A DNA stretch of 45,859 bases from a bacterium. GTDB lineage: Bacteria > Patescibacteriota > Patescibacteriia > JAACEG01 > JAGUWE01. The stretch spans positions 1 to 45,859 of the forward strand of contig JAZDOD010000004.1 in assembly GCA_043798995.1 (NCBI GenBank). Reading direction: 5' to 3'. Below are positions 9,230 to 19,186 of the stretch, in pieces (position 1 is the stretch's first letter; each line of letters opens with the position of its first letter). The translations under genes and the position numbers were made by a program. The notes beneath the pieces were generated by a model. That model was given only the letters and a program-made list of their open reading frames with translations. It was not told the DNA's origin and did no database searches.

Positions 9230-9871
9230 TTAAGACGCTTCTTTAGTGGCTGGCGGATTTTCACCTTCGGCCGGAGCTACCTCAGCCGGAGCCTGAACAG
9301 GAGGCGCCTCTTCAACTTGGGGTTTGGCAACGCTTGCCACCGCTTCTTCCTGATTATTTAAAATTGCAACTGTTTTAGGAATGACTAAATTTTTAATTTT
9401 GATTAAATCCTCAAAATCCGCAAGATCCGAAATATCAACGTCAATCTTGGTTGGTAAATCTTGCGGTAAACATTCAACTTCAACTTCATCAATGGTCTTG
9501 ACTAAAACCGCGCCTAATTCCTTAACCGCCTTTGATTCACCGATAAAATTAAGCCGAACGGATGTTTTTAATTTTTCGCCTTTTCTGACTTTATAAAAAT
9601 CTATATGCTGGATTTGGTTGGTTTTGTTATCAAATTGAATGTCTTGGATTAAAGCCTGGGTCGGCGCATGATCGTCAATTTTTAAATCAATCAAACTGCC
9701 GGCGCCGCTTACGCCGTAGACTTTTTCAAATTGATTATATGGCACCTGCAAATTTTGCGGCTTTGTTTTATGGCCATAAATAACAGCCGGGATAAATTTA
9801 TCCTGTCTTATTTTTTTTACTTTTTTTCCGGTTATTGTTCTTAGCTTTGCTTCTATTATTAATACATTCAT
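9230..9871 (-). CDS. rplY: 50S ribosomal protein L25/Ctc
   Basis: IPAVIYG, HIDFY, GESKAVK, ECLPQDLP. Confidence 0.95.
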   Translation of the reverse strand: MNVLIIEAKLRTITGKKVKKIRQDKFIPAVIYGHKTKPQNLQVPYNQFEKVYGVSGAGSLIDLKIDDHAPTQALIQDIQFDNKTNQIQHIDFYKVRKGEKLKTSVRLNFIGESKAVKELGAVLVKTIDEVEVECLPQDLPTKIDVDISDLADFEDLIKIKNLVIPKTVAILNNQEEAVASVAKPQVEEAPPVQAPAEVAPAEGENPPATKEAS

Positions 9872-9887
9872 ATTGTATGATAGTTTT

Positions 9888-10241
9888 TTATGAATTAGTT
9901 AATTTTTTAACAAAGTTTTCTTCACTTTCCAAAAGTTTATAAATTTCGATTACGTCATCCGAGCTAACATAATCATTTTCTTTTAATTTTATGACATCCG
10001 AAGCAGTCAAATCGGTTATCAAACTGAAAGAACTGACCCCATTATTATTATTAGTAATAAAAGTTAAAATTGAATTTAAGCATTTCTGGCATTTAATATA
10101 AACCAGATAGCCGTTGTCTCTTTCTTCTAAGATTTTTAAATCCAAATTCTGATAAGATGTCTCACAAATCGGGCAATAAGGGATGATTTTTAAATCATCA
10201 TTACCGGATAAAAACGGTGAAAATTGATCGGGATTAATCAT
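9888..10241 (-). CDS. Hypothetical Zn-ribbon protein
   Basis: CPIC...CQKC; ITDLT..D motif. Confidence 0.75.
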   Translation of the reverse strand: MINPDQFSPFLSGNDDLKIIPYCPICETSYQNLDLKILEERDNGYLVYIKCQKCLNSILTFITNNNNGVSSFSLITDLTASDVIKLKENDYVSSDDVIEIYKLLESEENFVKKLTNS

Positions 10242-10314
10242 AAATTTTGTTTACCCCGCTGGTTTGCGGGGCTTGCCTCAATAATTATAATAAAATATTT
10301 GATTTAGTCAAGAG

Positions 10315-12039
10315 CTAAGAATTAAATTTGATAATTTCGCCGGGTTTTAAGTTTTTTTCCTCATCTCTTGATTTAGCTTCAGTTTTTGGCGCATCAAACT
10401 GCTCTTTTTTATTCAGCCGAAAAGAAACCGGTTTTTGTTTGATAATATCTTTTAAGGAGATTTCTTTGGACGAGTTGACAGGTTCCCTTCTTTCGCTTTT
10501 TAAGATTATATTTTCTGTTTTTTTGTTTTTTAATTCTCTTAGGCAATCTTTGCAATAAACCGGCCTGACATTATCCGGTTCAAATGAAACAAAAGTAGTT
10601 TTTCCGCAGTTAGAGCAGGTGGCCTCATATTTTTTCGAAAAATCACTTATCCTCATCGCCCCGGTATAATTTCTTTCTTTTTTTTCCGGCTCGGAGGCAT
10701 TTTTTTTATTTTTTTCCGGTTCTCTTTTTTCTTCTTCATTATTTTCGTCCATACCTGTCCAGCGAGCGATTTTTTCCTCAATTAAAGCTCGGGGCTTGGC
10801 GTAACGTTCGCGACTAACCTTAATGATTTTTTCAAGATTAGATAATTCCGTTGTTGGTTCAAGGGGCGGTAAAGTGGTGGCTGAAAACGGCTCCGAGGAA
10901 ACACCATCAATCATTAATTTCACATAAATATCATATTTAGCTAAATTAACCAGATCTTCTTCCATAAAACGCGGGGTAAATTCTTTAACTAAGTATTCGG
11001 CGTCAGACGCTCCGACCCTGAAACAAGCAATGGTGCCAACATTGCCGAAAACCGCAGCCTGCACTTTTTCATCAAGTTGTTCAATGTATTGATGCGCAAT
11101 AATCAAATTTAAGCGGTATTTTCTGGCTTCGGATAAAATATTAGCAAATGATTCGGTGGCAAAATTCTGGAATTCATCAACATAAAGATAAAAATCTTGT
11201 CTCTGACTTTCAGAAACATTAATACGTTCCATAGCCGATAATTGAATTTTAGTAATCATCATGGCTCCTAAAAGACTGGAAATATCTTCTCCTATTCTAC
11301 CTTTTGCTAAATTAACCAACAAGATTTTTTGATTATCAATGATTTCTCTGATATCAATCGATGATTTGGTCTGGCCAATAATATTTCGACTAATCGGATT
11401 GGAAATGAATTGTCCAACCTTATTTTGAATTGGATTAATAGCTTCTACTTGAAAGGTGCCGGAATATTTTGTATATTCTTCAGTCCAAAATGATTTAATA
11501 ATCGGATCTTGAACTTTATCAATAACTTTTTTGCGATAATTTTTATCAATTAAAATTCTCATAATACCCAATAAAGTGCTGCCCGGATAATCCATTAAAG
11601 CCAAAATAGCATTGCGTAAAACATATTCCAAGCGTGGACCCCAAGTATCGGCCCATAGTTTTTTAAAAATACCGATTAATCCCGAGGATACTAAGTGTCT
11701 AACCCCAATATCAGCGGCTTCTAAAACATTAAAAGCAATCGGCCATTCAAGATCGGCTGGATTAAAATAAACCACATCGTTAATTCTTGAGGAAGGAATA
11801 AAATTGATAACCTTTTCCACCAAATCACCATGGGGGTCAACTACGGCTACGCCGCGGCCAGAGCGAATATCCTGGATAATCATATTTTCCAGCATAGTTG
11901 ACTTGCCAACACCGGTTTTCCCAATAACATACATATGGCGCCGACGATCGTCTTGTTTAATGCCAAAACGAATCCGTTGGTTGCGGAAGTTAGTTTCGGC
12001 AAAAAGCACTATTTTGTTTTTATTATCTATTTGGTCCAT
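10315..12039 (-). CDS. VirD4/TraG/HerA-like P-loop ATPase with a C-terminal CxxC-x17-CxxC domain
   Basis: DRRRHMYVIGKTGVGKS (Walker A), VDPHGD, LYVDEFQNF (Walker B), SEARKY; CSNC...PVYCKDC. Confidence 0.9.
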   Translation of the reverse strand: MDQIDNKNKIVLFAETNFRNQRIRFGIKQDDRRRHMYVIGKTGVGKSTMLENMIIQDIRSGRGVAVVDPHGDLVEKVINFIPSSRINDVVYFNPADLEWPIAFNVLEAADIGVRHLVSSGLIGIFKKLWADTWGPRLEYVLRNAILALMDYPGSTLLGIMRILIDKNYRKKVIDKVQDPIIKSFWTEEYTKYSGTFQVEAINPIQNKVGQFISNPISRNIIGQTKSSIDIREIIDNQKILLVNLAKGRIGEDISSLLGAMMITKIQLSAMERINVSESQRQDFYLYVDEFQNFATESFANILSEARKYRLNLIIAHQYIEQLDEKVQAAVFGNVGTIACFRVGASDAEYLVKEFTPRFMEEDLVNLAKYDIYVKLMIDGVSSEPFSATTLPPLEPTTELSNLEKIIKVSRERYAKPRALIEEKIARWTGMDENNEEEKREPEKNKKNASEPEKKERNYTGAMRISDFSKKYEATCSNCGKTTFVSFEPDNVRPVYCKDCLRELKNKKTENIILKSERREPVNSSKEISLKDIIKQKPVSFRLNKKEQFDAPKTEAKSRDEEKNLKPGEIIKFNS

Positions 12040-12051
12040 TGTTTAAATTTT

Positions 12052-13395
12052 TTAAGCTGGCGGATTTTCCGGCGGCGGGGCTTTCTCTTCGGTTACTTCA
12101 GTTAAAGTTTCTTCTTCCGAACCTTCAATTGGCAGCCCAATCGGTGGTCCGGCGCGTTTAGCTTCAACCTTCTTCACTAAAGGAGCTTTTACTACTATCG
12201 TTGGAAAATGGTAAAGAGTGGCTAATTCTTCGGTATTCATAATAAAACCCTTCCCCTGACCCGACCAATTACTGCGATTCTTATAAGCCGCCATTATTTT
12301 AGTTCTTCGAGTGTTAAGGCGCCAATTAACAAAAAAGTAATGAGCGTCGGTCTTAGTTATCTTACCGGGCTTGAGACCGTTTAGATTAGCGTCATTAAAT
12401 TGCTTAATTGTACCAATAATCGGTGAAACGCCCTTGGTTTTGGAAAAAATTTCTTTTTTAGCTATATAAACATATCTGACTTTAGTTAAAAAAGCGGTTT
12501 TTGATGCTTTATTCTCAATCGCTTCAACACCCAAACGTTCAATTGGCGAAAGATAAAGCATTTGGCTGCGCAGTTCTTCTTTCTTTTGCGTCGTGGCCGT
12601 TGCGCCGCCCAAAATTTGAGAACTGACAGCGTCATACATCTTGCCGACTTCACCGCTGCCAAAAGCTCCTTTTTTTGTTTGTTTTTTGCCGATTAATTTT
12701 TCTGCTAAAGCCTTACTTTGCTTTATCCAGGAATAATCAGTTACGGTAAGAATTAACTGAAACCAGGCGCATTCCCCTTTTTGTAATTTACTCAGTGATT
12801 CAAGCATAGCTGCCATTGTGTCTTTATATTCCTGGCTTAAACTATGTTCAAATTGAGGATAAGTTCTAATTGGATATTGCCATTTGTTGGTATAAATAAA
12901 CTCCGTTCCCCAAAGATTATATTCTTCGTTGGGAAATTTGGTGGGATAATTTTTAGTATAATCCTCCACTTCGGTAATTTCAGCTTCCGGATATTGCGCA
13001 TAAATAGAAGCTTCAATTAAATCGCGAAAAATAACCGGCGTATAGATTAAAAATTGAACATAACCGCCAATGCTGACAATTTCAAGGGAGAATTTGGCTT
13101 GGAGTGCGCCTTGCCAATACTTTTCATATAAAGTATAGGTTTTGTGAGCCCCGGCTATATGATAAAACATATTTTCAACGGCTTTGGGACTTTGCTCATT
13201 TTCTTTAGGAACATCAATGGCCAATAAAACATATTTTTGTTGGCGAGCAAATTTTGCCTGAACCCAATTAACCCAAAAAAGCCAACTGCCCCAAAATACA
13301 ATCACAACAAAAACAATCCAGCCGCCATGGGTAAATAAAAACCAAGCAAAGGTTAGAGGATTTTGGCTGATTTGTTCGAAATTGATGTTAAACAT
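12052..13395 (-). CDS. Membrane-anchored partner of the VirD4-like ATPase (matches the N-terminal half of 32480..34987)
   Basis: N-terminal TM; FSLEIVS, IYAQYPEAEI.EV.DY, YPIRTY, EELATLYHFP. Confidence 0.8.
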   Translation of the reverse strand: MFNINFEQISQNPLTFAWFLFTHGGWIVFVVIVFWGSWLFWVNWVQAKFARQQKYVLLAIDVPKENEQSPKAVENMFYHIAGAHKTYTLYEKYWQGALQAKFSLEIVSIGGYVQFLIYTPVIFRDLIEASIYAQYPEAEITEVEDYTKNYPTKFPNEEYNLWGTEFIYTNKWQYPIRTYPQFEHSLSQEYKDTMAAMLESLSKLQKGECAWFQLILTVTDYSWIKQSKALAEKLIGKKQTKKGAFGSGEVGKMYDAVSSQILGGATATTQKKEELRSQMLYLSPIERLGVEAIENKASKTAFLTKVRYVYIAKKEIFSKTKGVSPIIGTIKQFNDANLNGLKPGKITKTDAHYFFVNWRLNTRRTKIMAAYKNRSNWSGQGKGFIMNTEELATLYHFPTIVVKAPLVKKVEAKRAGPPIGLPIEGSEEETLTEVTEEKAPPPENPPA

Positions 13396-13437
13396 ATTTA
13401 TTTCAATTATACCATTTAAACTATTTTTTCTCAAGAA

Positions 13438-13477
13438 AAAATCCCCCCGCGGAAATTTATAAAAGGAGGGGATTTTC
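13438..13477. terminator. Intrinsic terminator-like hairpin
   Basis: AAAATCCCC...GGGGATTTTC with an A-run on the left, downstream of 13555..14058. Confidence 0.55.
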
Positions 13478-13554
13478 TTACTCTAATTATATTGTAGCAA
13501 AAATTTCAATTTTTGTCAATAATGAATTTGATATTTTTCTTATTTATTTTTTAT

Positions 13555-14058
13555 TTAATAAGCTAATTTTTGTTCTAATTCATCCCAACGACCATCAATT
13601 AAGGCGTATAAAACACGATTATTTTGCGCGGTTATTTCAATTAAGTGAGGCGTGACTTTTTCTTCTGGTTTTTGCTTGGAACGGTCGCCAAAGCCGGGGT
13701 GGCTTGTTTCAAAATTATAAAGGAAGCGGTAAAAATTATTAGCAATTTCTTTTGTCTCTTTCACGTCTAAATTTTGGCCGTCAAATTTGTAAGTCGGCTG
13801 AGATTTAATCCAATTTTCAATAATCGTCTTGGCCTCATCTAATGTTTTGGTCTGCGGCAAAGTGATTTTTTCAATTTGCTTTTGCTCAGCTTGGCTTAGT
13901 TCTTCTTTGATTGGTTTTTCATTTTCAAGAGTAGTTTGATTTTTTTCTTGATTTATTTTAGCTACTTGATTTTCGGCTGTGAAATTTTTAAAAATCAAAA
14001 TTCCTCCGCTTATAAGAATCACGCCGATAATAATCAAAATTAAATATTTCTTTTTCAT
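13555..14058 (-). CDS. Hypothetical membrane-anchored/secreted protein
   Basis: N-terminal hydrophobic segment; PTYKFDG, HPGFGDR, IDGRWDE. Confidence 0.75.
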   Translation of the reverse strand: MKKKYLILIIIGVILISGGILIFKNFTAENQVAKINQEKNQTTLENEKPIKEELSQAEQKQIEKITLPQTKTLDEAKTIIENWIKSQPTYKFDGQNLDVKETKEIANNFYRFLYNFETSHPGFGDRSKQKPEEKVTPHLIEITAQNNRVLYALIDGRWDELEQKLAY

Positions 14059-14068
14059 AAATTTTATC

Positions 14069-14305
14069 TTATTTTTGCATTAATTTAATTTTTCTTTTTT
14101 CGTAATCAAGGCGGTTGATTTTTCCGCGGCGCAGTTCCTCTTCCAAATTTTCCAGCGGTGTTTTCGATTTTATTTTGGGGCGAAAATTTAATTTATATTG
14201 ATGGCAAATATAAATCATAAAAAACAAAAAACCTCCTAAGATAAAAAGTGTTAATTTGTTTTCCAAATACCATGCATAAAGATACGATTTTATTGCTTCA
14301 ATCAT
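14069..14305 (-). CDS. Small membrane protein with a SHOCT-like C-terminus
   Basis: TM helix then LEEELRRGKINRLDYEKRK. Confidence 0.65.
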   Translation of the reverse strand: MIEAIKSYLYAWYLENKLTLFILGGFLFFMIYICHQYKLNFRPKIKSKTPLENLEEELRRGKINRLDYEKRKIKLMQK

Positions 14306-14310
14306 AATTT

Positions 14311-15069
14311 TTAGCGCAAGCTCTGAGTCAAAAAGCTTTTGATAATTTTTTCTGTTTCGGCGGGATTAGCAGCGGCAGACTGAATGGCCAGCTCCCCTAA
14401 TAAATCATAATCTTTGAGAATTTTTCGCAGTTGTTTAAAGGTCCGCTTAAAACCCTGCCCTTCATGAGTTAATATCAAAAGAAGTTTGGTTTTATTTATT
14501 TCTTTACTTGGCGACAAAATTTTAATGAAAGATTTAACCGGATAAGAAATGCTAAAACCCCAAACCGGACTAATTAGGCAAATTAACTGATAATTGGTCG
14601 GCGAATTTTTAATGTTTTCTATAGCCACGGTTTTGCCAAAAAAGCTCAACCGGCCATGTTTAAAATGATTGGCAAAACCTCGGACATTAATCGGTTCAAT
14701 CTCTTTTATCTCTTCAAGTTCGGCATTTAATAATTTCTTGATAATTTCCCCGACCAGCCGGCAATTGCCGGTTTTAGAAAAATAATAGACAATGGTTTTA
14801 AAATTCGCTAAACCCCAGCGGCCAAGATGATTCAATACTATTTTTGCTTCCTCTAAAGCTCTTTCTGCCGGTAGATTTTTTTCAGTCATTATCCTTTGGG
14901 CAATTTTTTGTTCCATCATTTCTCGCGGTAAATTTTGTTCGGTAAATTGTCCTGATAAATAACAACTTCGGCAATATTCTTCGTTGATTGAGCCGTCTTG
15001 GTTAGTGCCAAAATCAACCGGAGCAATAAGTTTTAGGCCGCAGGACTGGCAATTTTTTTGTTCTTCCAT
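14311..15069 (-). CDS. Zinc-ribbon domain fused to a flavodoxin-like domain
   Basis: CQSCG..GTNQDGS.NEEYCRSCY..G.FT...L.RW, then YYFSKTGNC and SPVW. Confidence 0.8.
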   Translation of the reverse strand: MEEQKNCQSCGLKLIAPVDFGTNQDGSINEEYCRSCYLSGQFTEQNLPREMMEQKIAQRIMTEKNLPAERALEEAKIVLNHLGRWGLANFKTIVYYFSKTGNCRLVGEIIKKLLNAELEEIKEIEPINVRGFANHFKHGRLSFFGKTVAIENIKNSPTNYQLICLISPVWGFSISYPVKSFIKILSPSKEINKTKLLLILTHEGQGFKRTFKQLRKILKDYDLLGELAIQSAAANPAETEKIIKSFLTQSLR

Positions 15070-15079
15070 AATAATTTAC

Positions 15080-15790
15080 TTACATTTTAACATATTTTTC
15101 CCAAAATTGGTAAAGCTGGGCAGTGGCAATTAAATCGCCCGAATTGTAGCGGGCAATTTTTAAATATTCTTTGGTTTTAAATAATTCGGCTAAATTATCA
15201 CCGGTTATGCCCTCGGCTTTGGGGCTTTTAATGCCAAAGGCCTGACAAAAAAGGTGAAGACTGCTTTTTCGCCGCACCGCGCCGTAAAAAGTCAGCTGAT
15301 CCAGCAAATCAATATGAATCGGTCCCATTTTTTGGCTTTCAATGTAACGGTAGGCCATTAAATTAACCGATGGTTTAATTTGATTAATGGCTGAGCGTAG
15401 AATAAGATAGGGAGCGTCAAATCCTCGGCCATTAAAACTAATAAATTCAGTGTAAGAATTAGCTTGCTGCCAAAAAAAAGTCAGCATTTCTTTTTCAGTG
15501 CAGGGCTTGAAAATAAAATTATTTTCGGTTGATTCTTTTAAATTTGACTCGGGTGCCTGATAATAAATAAGGCCGCTGCCTTTTTCCAAATCAAAGATGC
15601 CAATGACAATAATCCGGCCTGTCAAAGGCGAAAAACTCAGGCGCTCTTTAATATCGGTGATTTTTAGCGCTAAATCTTCTTTATCTTCGGCTTCTTTTTC
15701 TGCCCAATAAGTTAAATTTTTCTTGGTAACTTCATCTAACGAGTCATAATCAACGCCGATGGTTTCAATGTCAATAACAAGTTTAGGCAT
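15080..15790 (-). CDS. 3'-5' exonuclease, PolB-like DEDDy/RNase H fold
   Basis: DIET, FNGRGFD.PYL, HIDL, YNSGD. Confidence 0.85.
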   Translation of the reverse strand: MPKLVIDIETIGVDYDSLDEVTKKNLTYWAEKEAEDKEDLALKITDIKERLSFSPLTGRIIVIGIFDLEKGSGLIYYQAPESNLKESTENNFIFKPCTEKEMLTFFWQQANSYTEFISFNGRGFDAPYLILRSAINQIKPSVNLMAYRYIESQKMGPIHIDLLDQLTFYGAVRRKSSLHLFCQAFGIKSPKAEGITGDNLAELFKTKEYLKIARYNSGDLIATAQLYQFWEKYVKM

Positions 15791-15829
15791 AGTTTTTAAG
15801 CTAAAAGCTAAGAATCATATCTAAAATAT

Positions 15830-15925
15830 TATTTATTAATTTATTGCGAGTTAACGAGTTTAACGGGTTAGATTAAAACTAACTCGCTCAACCCGCCAAA
15901 CCCGCTAAATGAATTAATAATATAA
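15830..15925. repeat. Short tandem repeats forming an imperfect inverted repeat
   Basis: gcgagtt aacgagtt taacgggtt ... aactcgct caacccgc caaacccgc. Confidence 0.65.
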
Positions 15926-15959
15926 TTGGGGTAAAAATTTTTCACTTTTAGTTTGGAGT

Positions 15960-16319
15960 TTAATTAAAATATTCTTGTATCTCTTCCAAAATATCCGGCG
16001 GGATGGGAATTGTTTCACGAACCGGACTAACACCCGGGTAGCGCCAGCAGGTAATAATTAATTTGCGATTTCGGATTTTTTTATCCTGGGCATACATCAC
16101 CCAAATTTCCTGCGACCATTTTTTCTTAAGAGTTCCTTTGCCCAGCGGCTGCATTACGGCAATCGTTTCCGGAGCAATCCCCTTTTCTATCCGACGAGGA
16201 TTTTTAATCACGCGCTTAATTCTCTGGGGCGAAAGAGCATATTGGCGCAATTTTTCCAGCGAATGACGCGTCCAACTGTATTTTTTATCATCCTGTGGGA
16301 GTTTTGAGTAGAAAGTCAT
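15960..16319 (-). CDS. Conserved hypothetical protein (DUF4258-like pattern)
   Basis: WTRHS..K..QY, P.R.E.GIA, EIWVMY, IITCWRYPG. Confidence 0.7.
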   Translation of the reverse strand: MTFYSKLPQDDKKYSWTRHSLEKLRQYALSPQRIKRVIKNPRRIEKGIAPETIAVMQPLGKGTLKKKWSQEIWVMYAQDKKIRNRKLIITCWRYPGVSPVRETIPIPPDILEEIQEYFN

Positions 16320-16346
16320 GAAAAATTTAAATGACAATTTGACTAT

Positions 16347-18419
16347 TTATAACCCCAGTTCTTTCACCTTTTCCCAAGTTTTTTCATCAAAAACCACGAT
16401 TTTTTCTTTACCCACGATGTAAAGATAATCATCCAAATAAATTGCCCGCTGAACGTCAACGCCGCTCATTGCTTTTTCCATTTTTAATTTATCATCTTTA
16501 TAAGAAAAAACATAGCCGCCCTTGCTGCCCGGCAAGAAAAAAATCTGATGTTTGGCGTCCTGAGTAAAGGCGTGGTGGGTATTTAAAATTTCTGACCAGT
16601 ATTCATCAAGAATATATTTATCTGTTTCCCGGGGATTTGAAACATCGGAAACATCAAAGAGGGAAATTTTTACTTTTGAACTTTCCTGGCCAATGCCCAA
16701 AATTTTGTTTTCGGCCAAAGGATGCAAATAAGAAGAATAGCCCGGAATTTTTAACTCGCCTTTTTTCTCGGGCTTGGCCGGATTAGTTAAATCCAAAACA
16801 TAAAACGGATCGGTCTGGCGGAAAGTTACCAAATAGCCCTGGCCGCCAATAAATCTGGCTGAATAAATCCGCTCCCCTTGGCCTAAATCCAAAATTGAAC
16901 CAACGGTTTTCAAATCTTTGTCTAAAATATAAATATCATTTAAACTTGAATTTCTGCCCAGATTAAAGTCAAGAAAACCGCTGCCGCCTTCGCCGACGGT
17001 GGTAGCGACCCTAAGATGATCCTGATATTCGTCCATTGAAAACTGGTTTAAAAGCGTGCCCGGCACTTTGCCGGTAGCCGCCACTTCAAAATCAGACAAA
17101 GAAATTTTAATTATCGCGGTGCCGGTTAAATCGCGGATATGCTTCTTAAAATATTCTTCACCGCGATTGCACAACTCGTTTTCCATTTTTAATCTTTCAT
17201 CGGCTGACAGCGAATTTTGATATTTTTCTAAAATCACGCCCAATTCCATTATTTTTGCCATCTGGCTGATATCATAATCTTTAAGTTTATTAATTTTTTC
17301 TGTGATATAAGTTGGAAATAAACCATTAATCTCGGTGTTAAGAAAATCAATCAAGATTGCCATTTGGTCTTCTTGGAATAAATAAGTGACAAATAAATTA
17401 TTCAGCGACATATAAATCACAGAAGAATTGTAATTGGATGAGCCGACAAAAGAAACGGTCTTTTCAATAACGCCGGTTTGGGGGTCAAGGACAAAAACTT
17501 CATAAGTCGCGTCAACCATTGTAGGATTGACTGGATAATAAATATCGGTGCATCTAATTTCCGCAAAATTGCCATTGATTGAAAGCGGTTTAATGGGGCA
17601 GGGTCGTTCTTCGTTAAGTCCTTGTTTGGTAATAAGATAAAGCTTGTTTTGGTAAAGACGCGAGGAGACCAGAGATGTTTTTTCTTCTAAATCTATTTTC
17701 CACTTCTCGGCCGGGGTTTTCGGATCCGAGACATCAAAACCGAAAATTTGGTTGCTTTGGGCGTAGTCATATTGTTTGGCAAAGACCAAAAGCATTTTTT
17801 GGCTCAAAAGCATTTCGCCCATTTTATCAATTTTACCGTCTAAACCTAAAGCCGTCGGCGGGAAAGCTTTGATTAATTGAATGGCTTGTGTTTGTTCCGG
17901 CTGAGGCGGCATTATTTTGCCTTGCTCTTCTAAAATCATCGGCCGCGAATAATAATAATCGTATTTTTCGCGCGAGTAATAAATTTCCTGGCCATCGGTT
18001 TTAACAATATCCGGCTCGTCAATGCCTTCAACCTGGACATTGGTCTGTGACACTCGGCTTGCCTCACCGCCGCCGCCTCGTTCAGCAGTTTGTAAACCGG
18101 CTTCACCGGCATTTAAAGCCATAGGGGCTTCCATTTTTTGAGCAACACCATCCGTAGCTAAATAACCTAATCCCCCCACCGTAACTTCTGGAACTTTTGT
18201 TAGGTAATCTTTAAACTCTGATTCCGAAGCAAATTTTTTCATCTCCACCTTTGATAAGGATTTTATCGGTTTATCTTTCGGCAAAGTTGGCTGGGTATTG
18301 GTTAATGGTTGAGGAGTTTGGCCTAAATTTTGATAGCTGTAAAAAATCACAGCTCCCCAGACAATAATAGTTAAAATCACCAAAAAGGTGATAAGAGTCA
18401 CAAAGGTTCGATTTTGCAT
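16347..18419 (-). CDS. Secreted beta-propeller domain protein
   Basis: N-terminal TM; SQTNVQVEGIDEPDIVKTDG, LLNQFSMDE, GERIYSARF, TFRQTDP, LKIPGYSSYLHP. Confidence 0.88.
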   Translation of the reverse strand: MQNRTFVTLITFLVILTIIVWGAVIFYSYQNLGQTPQPLTNTQPTLPKDKPIKSLSKVEMKKFASESEFKDYLTKVPEVTVGGLGYLATDGVAQKMEAPMALNAGEAGLQTAERGGGGEASRVSQTNVQVEGIDEPDIVKTDGQEIYYSREKYDYYYSRPMILEEQGKIMPPQPEQTQAIQLIKAFPPTALGLDGKIDKMGEMLLSQKMLLVFAKQYDYAQSNQIFGFDVSDPKTPAEKWKIDLEEKTSLVSSRLYQNKLYLITKQGLNEERPCPIKPLSINGNFAEIRCTDIYYPVNPTMVDATYEVFVLDPQTGVIEKTVSFVGSSNYNSSVIYMSLNNLFVTYLFQEDQMAILIDFLNTEINGLFPTYITEKINKLKDYDISQMAKIMELGVILEKYQNSLSADERLKMENELCNRGEEYFKKHIRDLTGTAIIKISLSDFEVAATGKVPGTLLNQFSMDEYQDHLRVATTVGEGGSGFLDFNLGRNSSLNDIYILDKDLKTVGSILDLGQGERIYSARFIGGQGYLVTFRQTDPFYVLDLTNPAKPEKKGELKIPGYSSYLHPLAENKILGIGQESSKVKISLFDVSDVSNPRETDKYILDEYWSEILNTHHAFTQDAKHQIFFLPGSKGGYVFSYKDDKLKMEKAMSGVDVQRAIYLDDYLYIVGKEKIVVFDEKTWEKVKELGL

Positions 18420-18450
18420 TTTGTTTAAAATTAAATAATTAATTATTTTT

Positions 18451-19185
18451 TTACCTAATATCACGGTAATCTTTTGAAATCGGCCGCTTGAAAATAAATT
18501 CGGAAAGAAAATTGGAAATGTAAAGAATTAAAGTTTTAATCACTCCTTGCTGGCGCAGTCGCCGCGGCGAAGAAATCACTTTTAAGCGATTGGTAAATTT
18601 AATTTTACCGTATTTGGCAACGCGTCTGGTCAAGTTGGTATCCTCGCCATAAAAAGCGATATTGGTGTCAAAACCCTCAATTTTTTCAATTACCCGGCGC
18701 CTGACTGAAAAATTACCGCCTAAAAGAAAAATACCGCCATGATTAGGAATTAATTTATAAATTAAATTAACGCCGTGAAAGCAAACTGTGTAGTAAAGCC
18801 ATTCCAGAAAATGTTCAATAAGATTAAGATTCTCGTAATGATAAGGTCCGGAAACGCCGACGATTTGGGGATTTTGGTCGTAAATTGCCAGAGCGTTTTT
18901 AAACCAATTTTTGGGAATAATCGTATCGGCATCAAAATAAACTAAAATCTCGCCGCTTGAGGCCCTAAAACCGGCCTGCCGGGCTTTAGTAAGACCCTTA
19001 GCCGGCTCATCAACTACTTTAACGCCCCGAAAGCTTTGGGCAACTTCTTTGGTTTTATCGGTTGAGGCATTATTAATCACCATAACCTCATGCTCAACCG
19101 GAATATCAGCGGCTAAAATGGAAGCCAAGCAGCGGCCAATTAATTTTTCCTCATTATAGGCCGGGATGATGATTGAAAGTTTCAT
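18451..19185 (-). CDS. Glycosyltransferase family 2
   Basis: SIIIPAYNEE, NNASTD, DAD, GEDT, S.RR. Confidence 0.92.
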   Translation of the reverse strand: MKLSIIIPAYNEEKLIGRCLASILAADIPVEHEVMVINNASTDKTKEVAQSFRGVKVVDEPAKGLTKARQAGFRASSGEILVYFDADTIIPKNWFKNALAIYDQNPQIVGVSGPYHYENLNLIEHFLEWLYYTVCFHGVNLIYKLIPNHGGIFLLGGNFSVRRRVIEKIEGFDTNIAFYGEDTNLTRRVAKYGKIKFTNRLKVISSPRRLRQQGVIKTLILYISNFLSEFIFKRPISKDYRDIR

Positions 19186-19186
19186 A

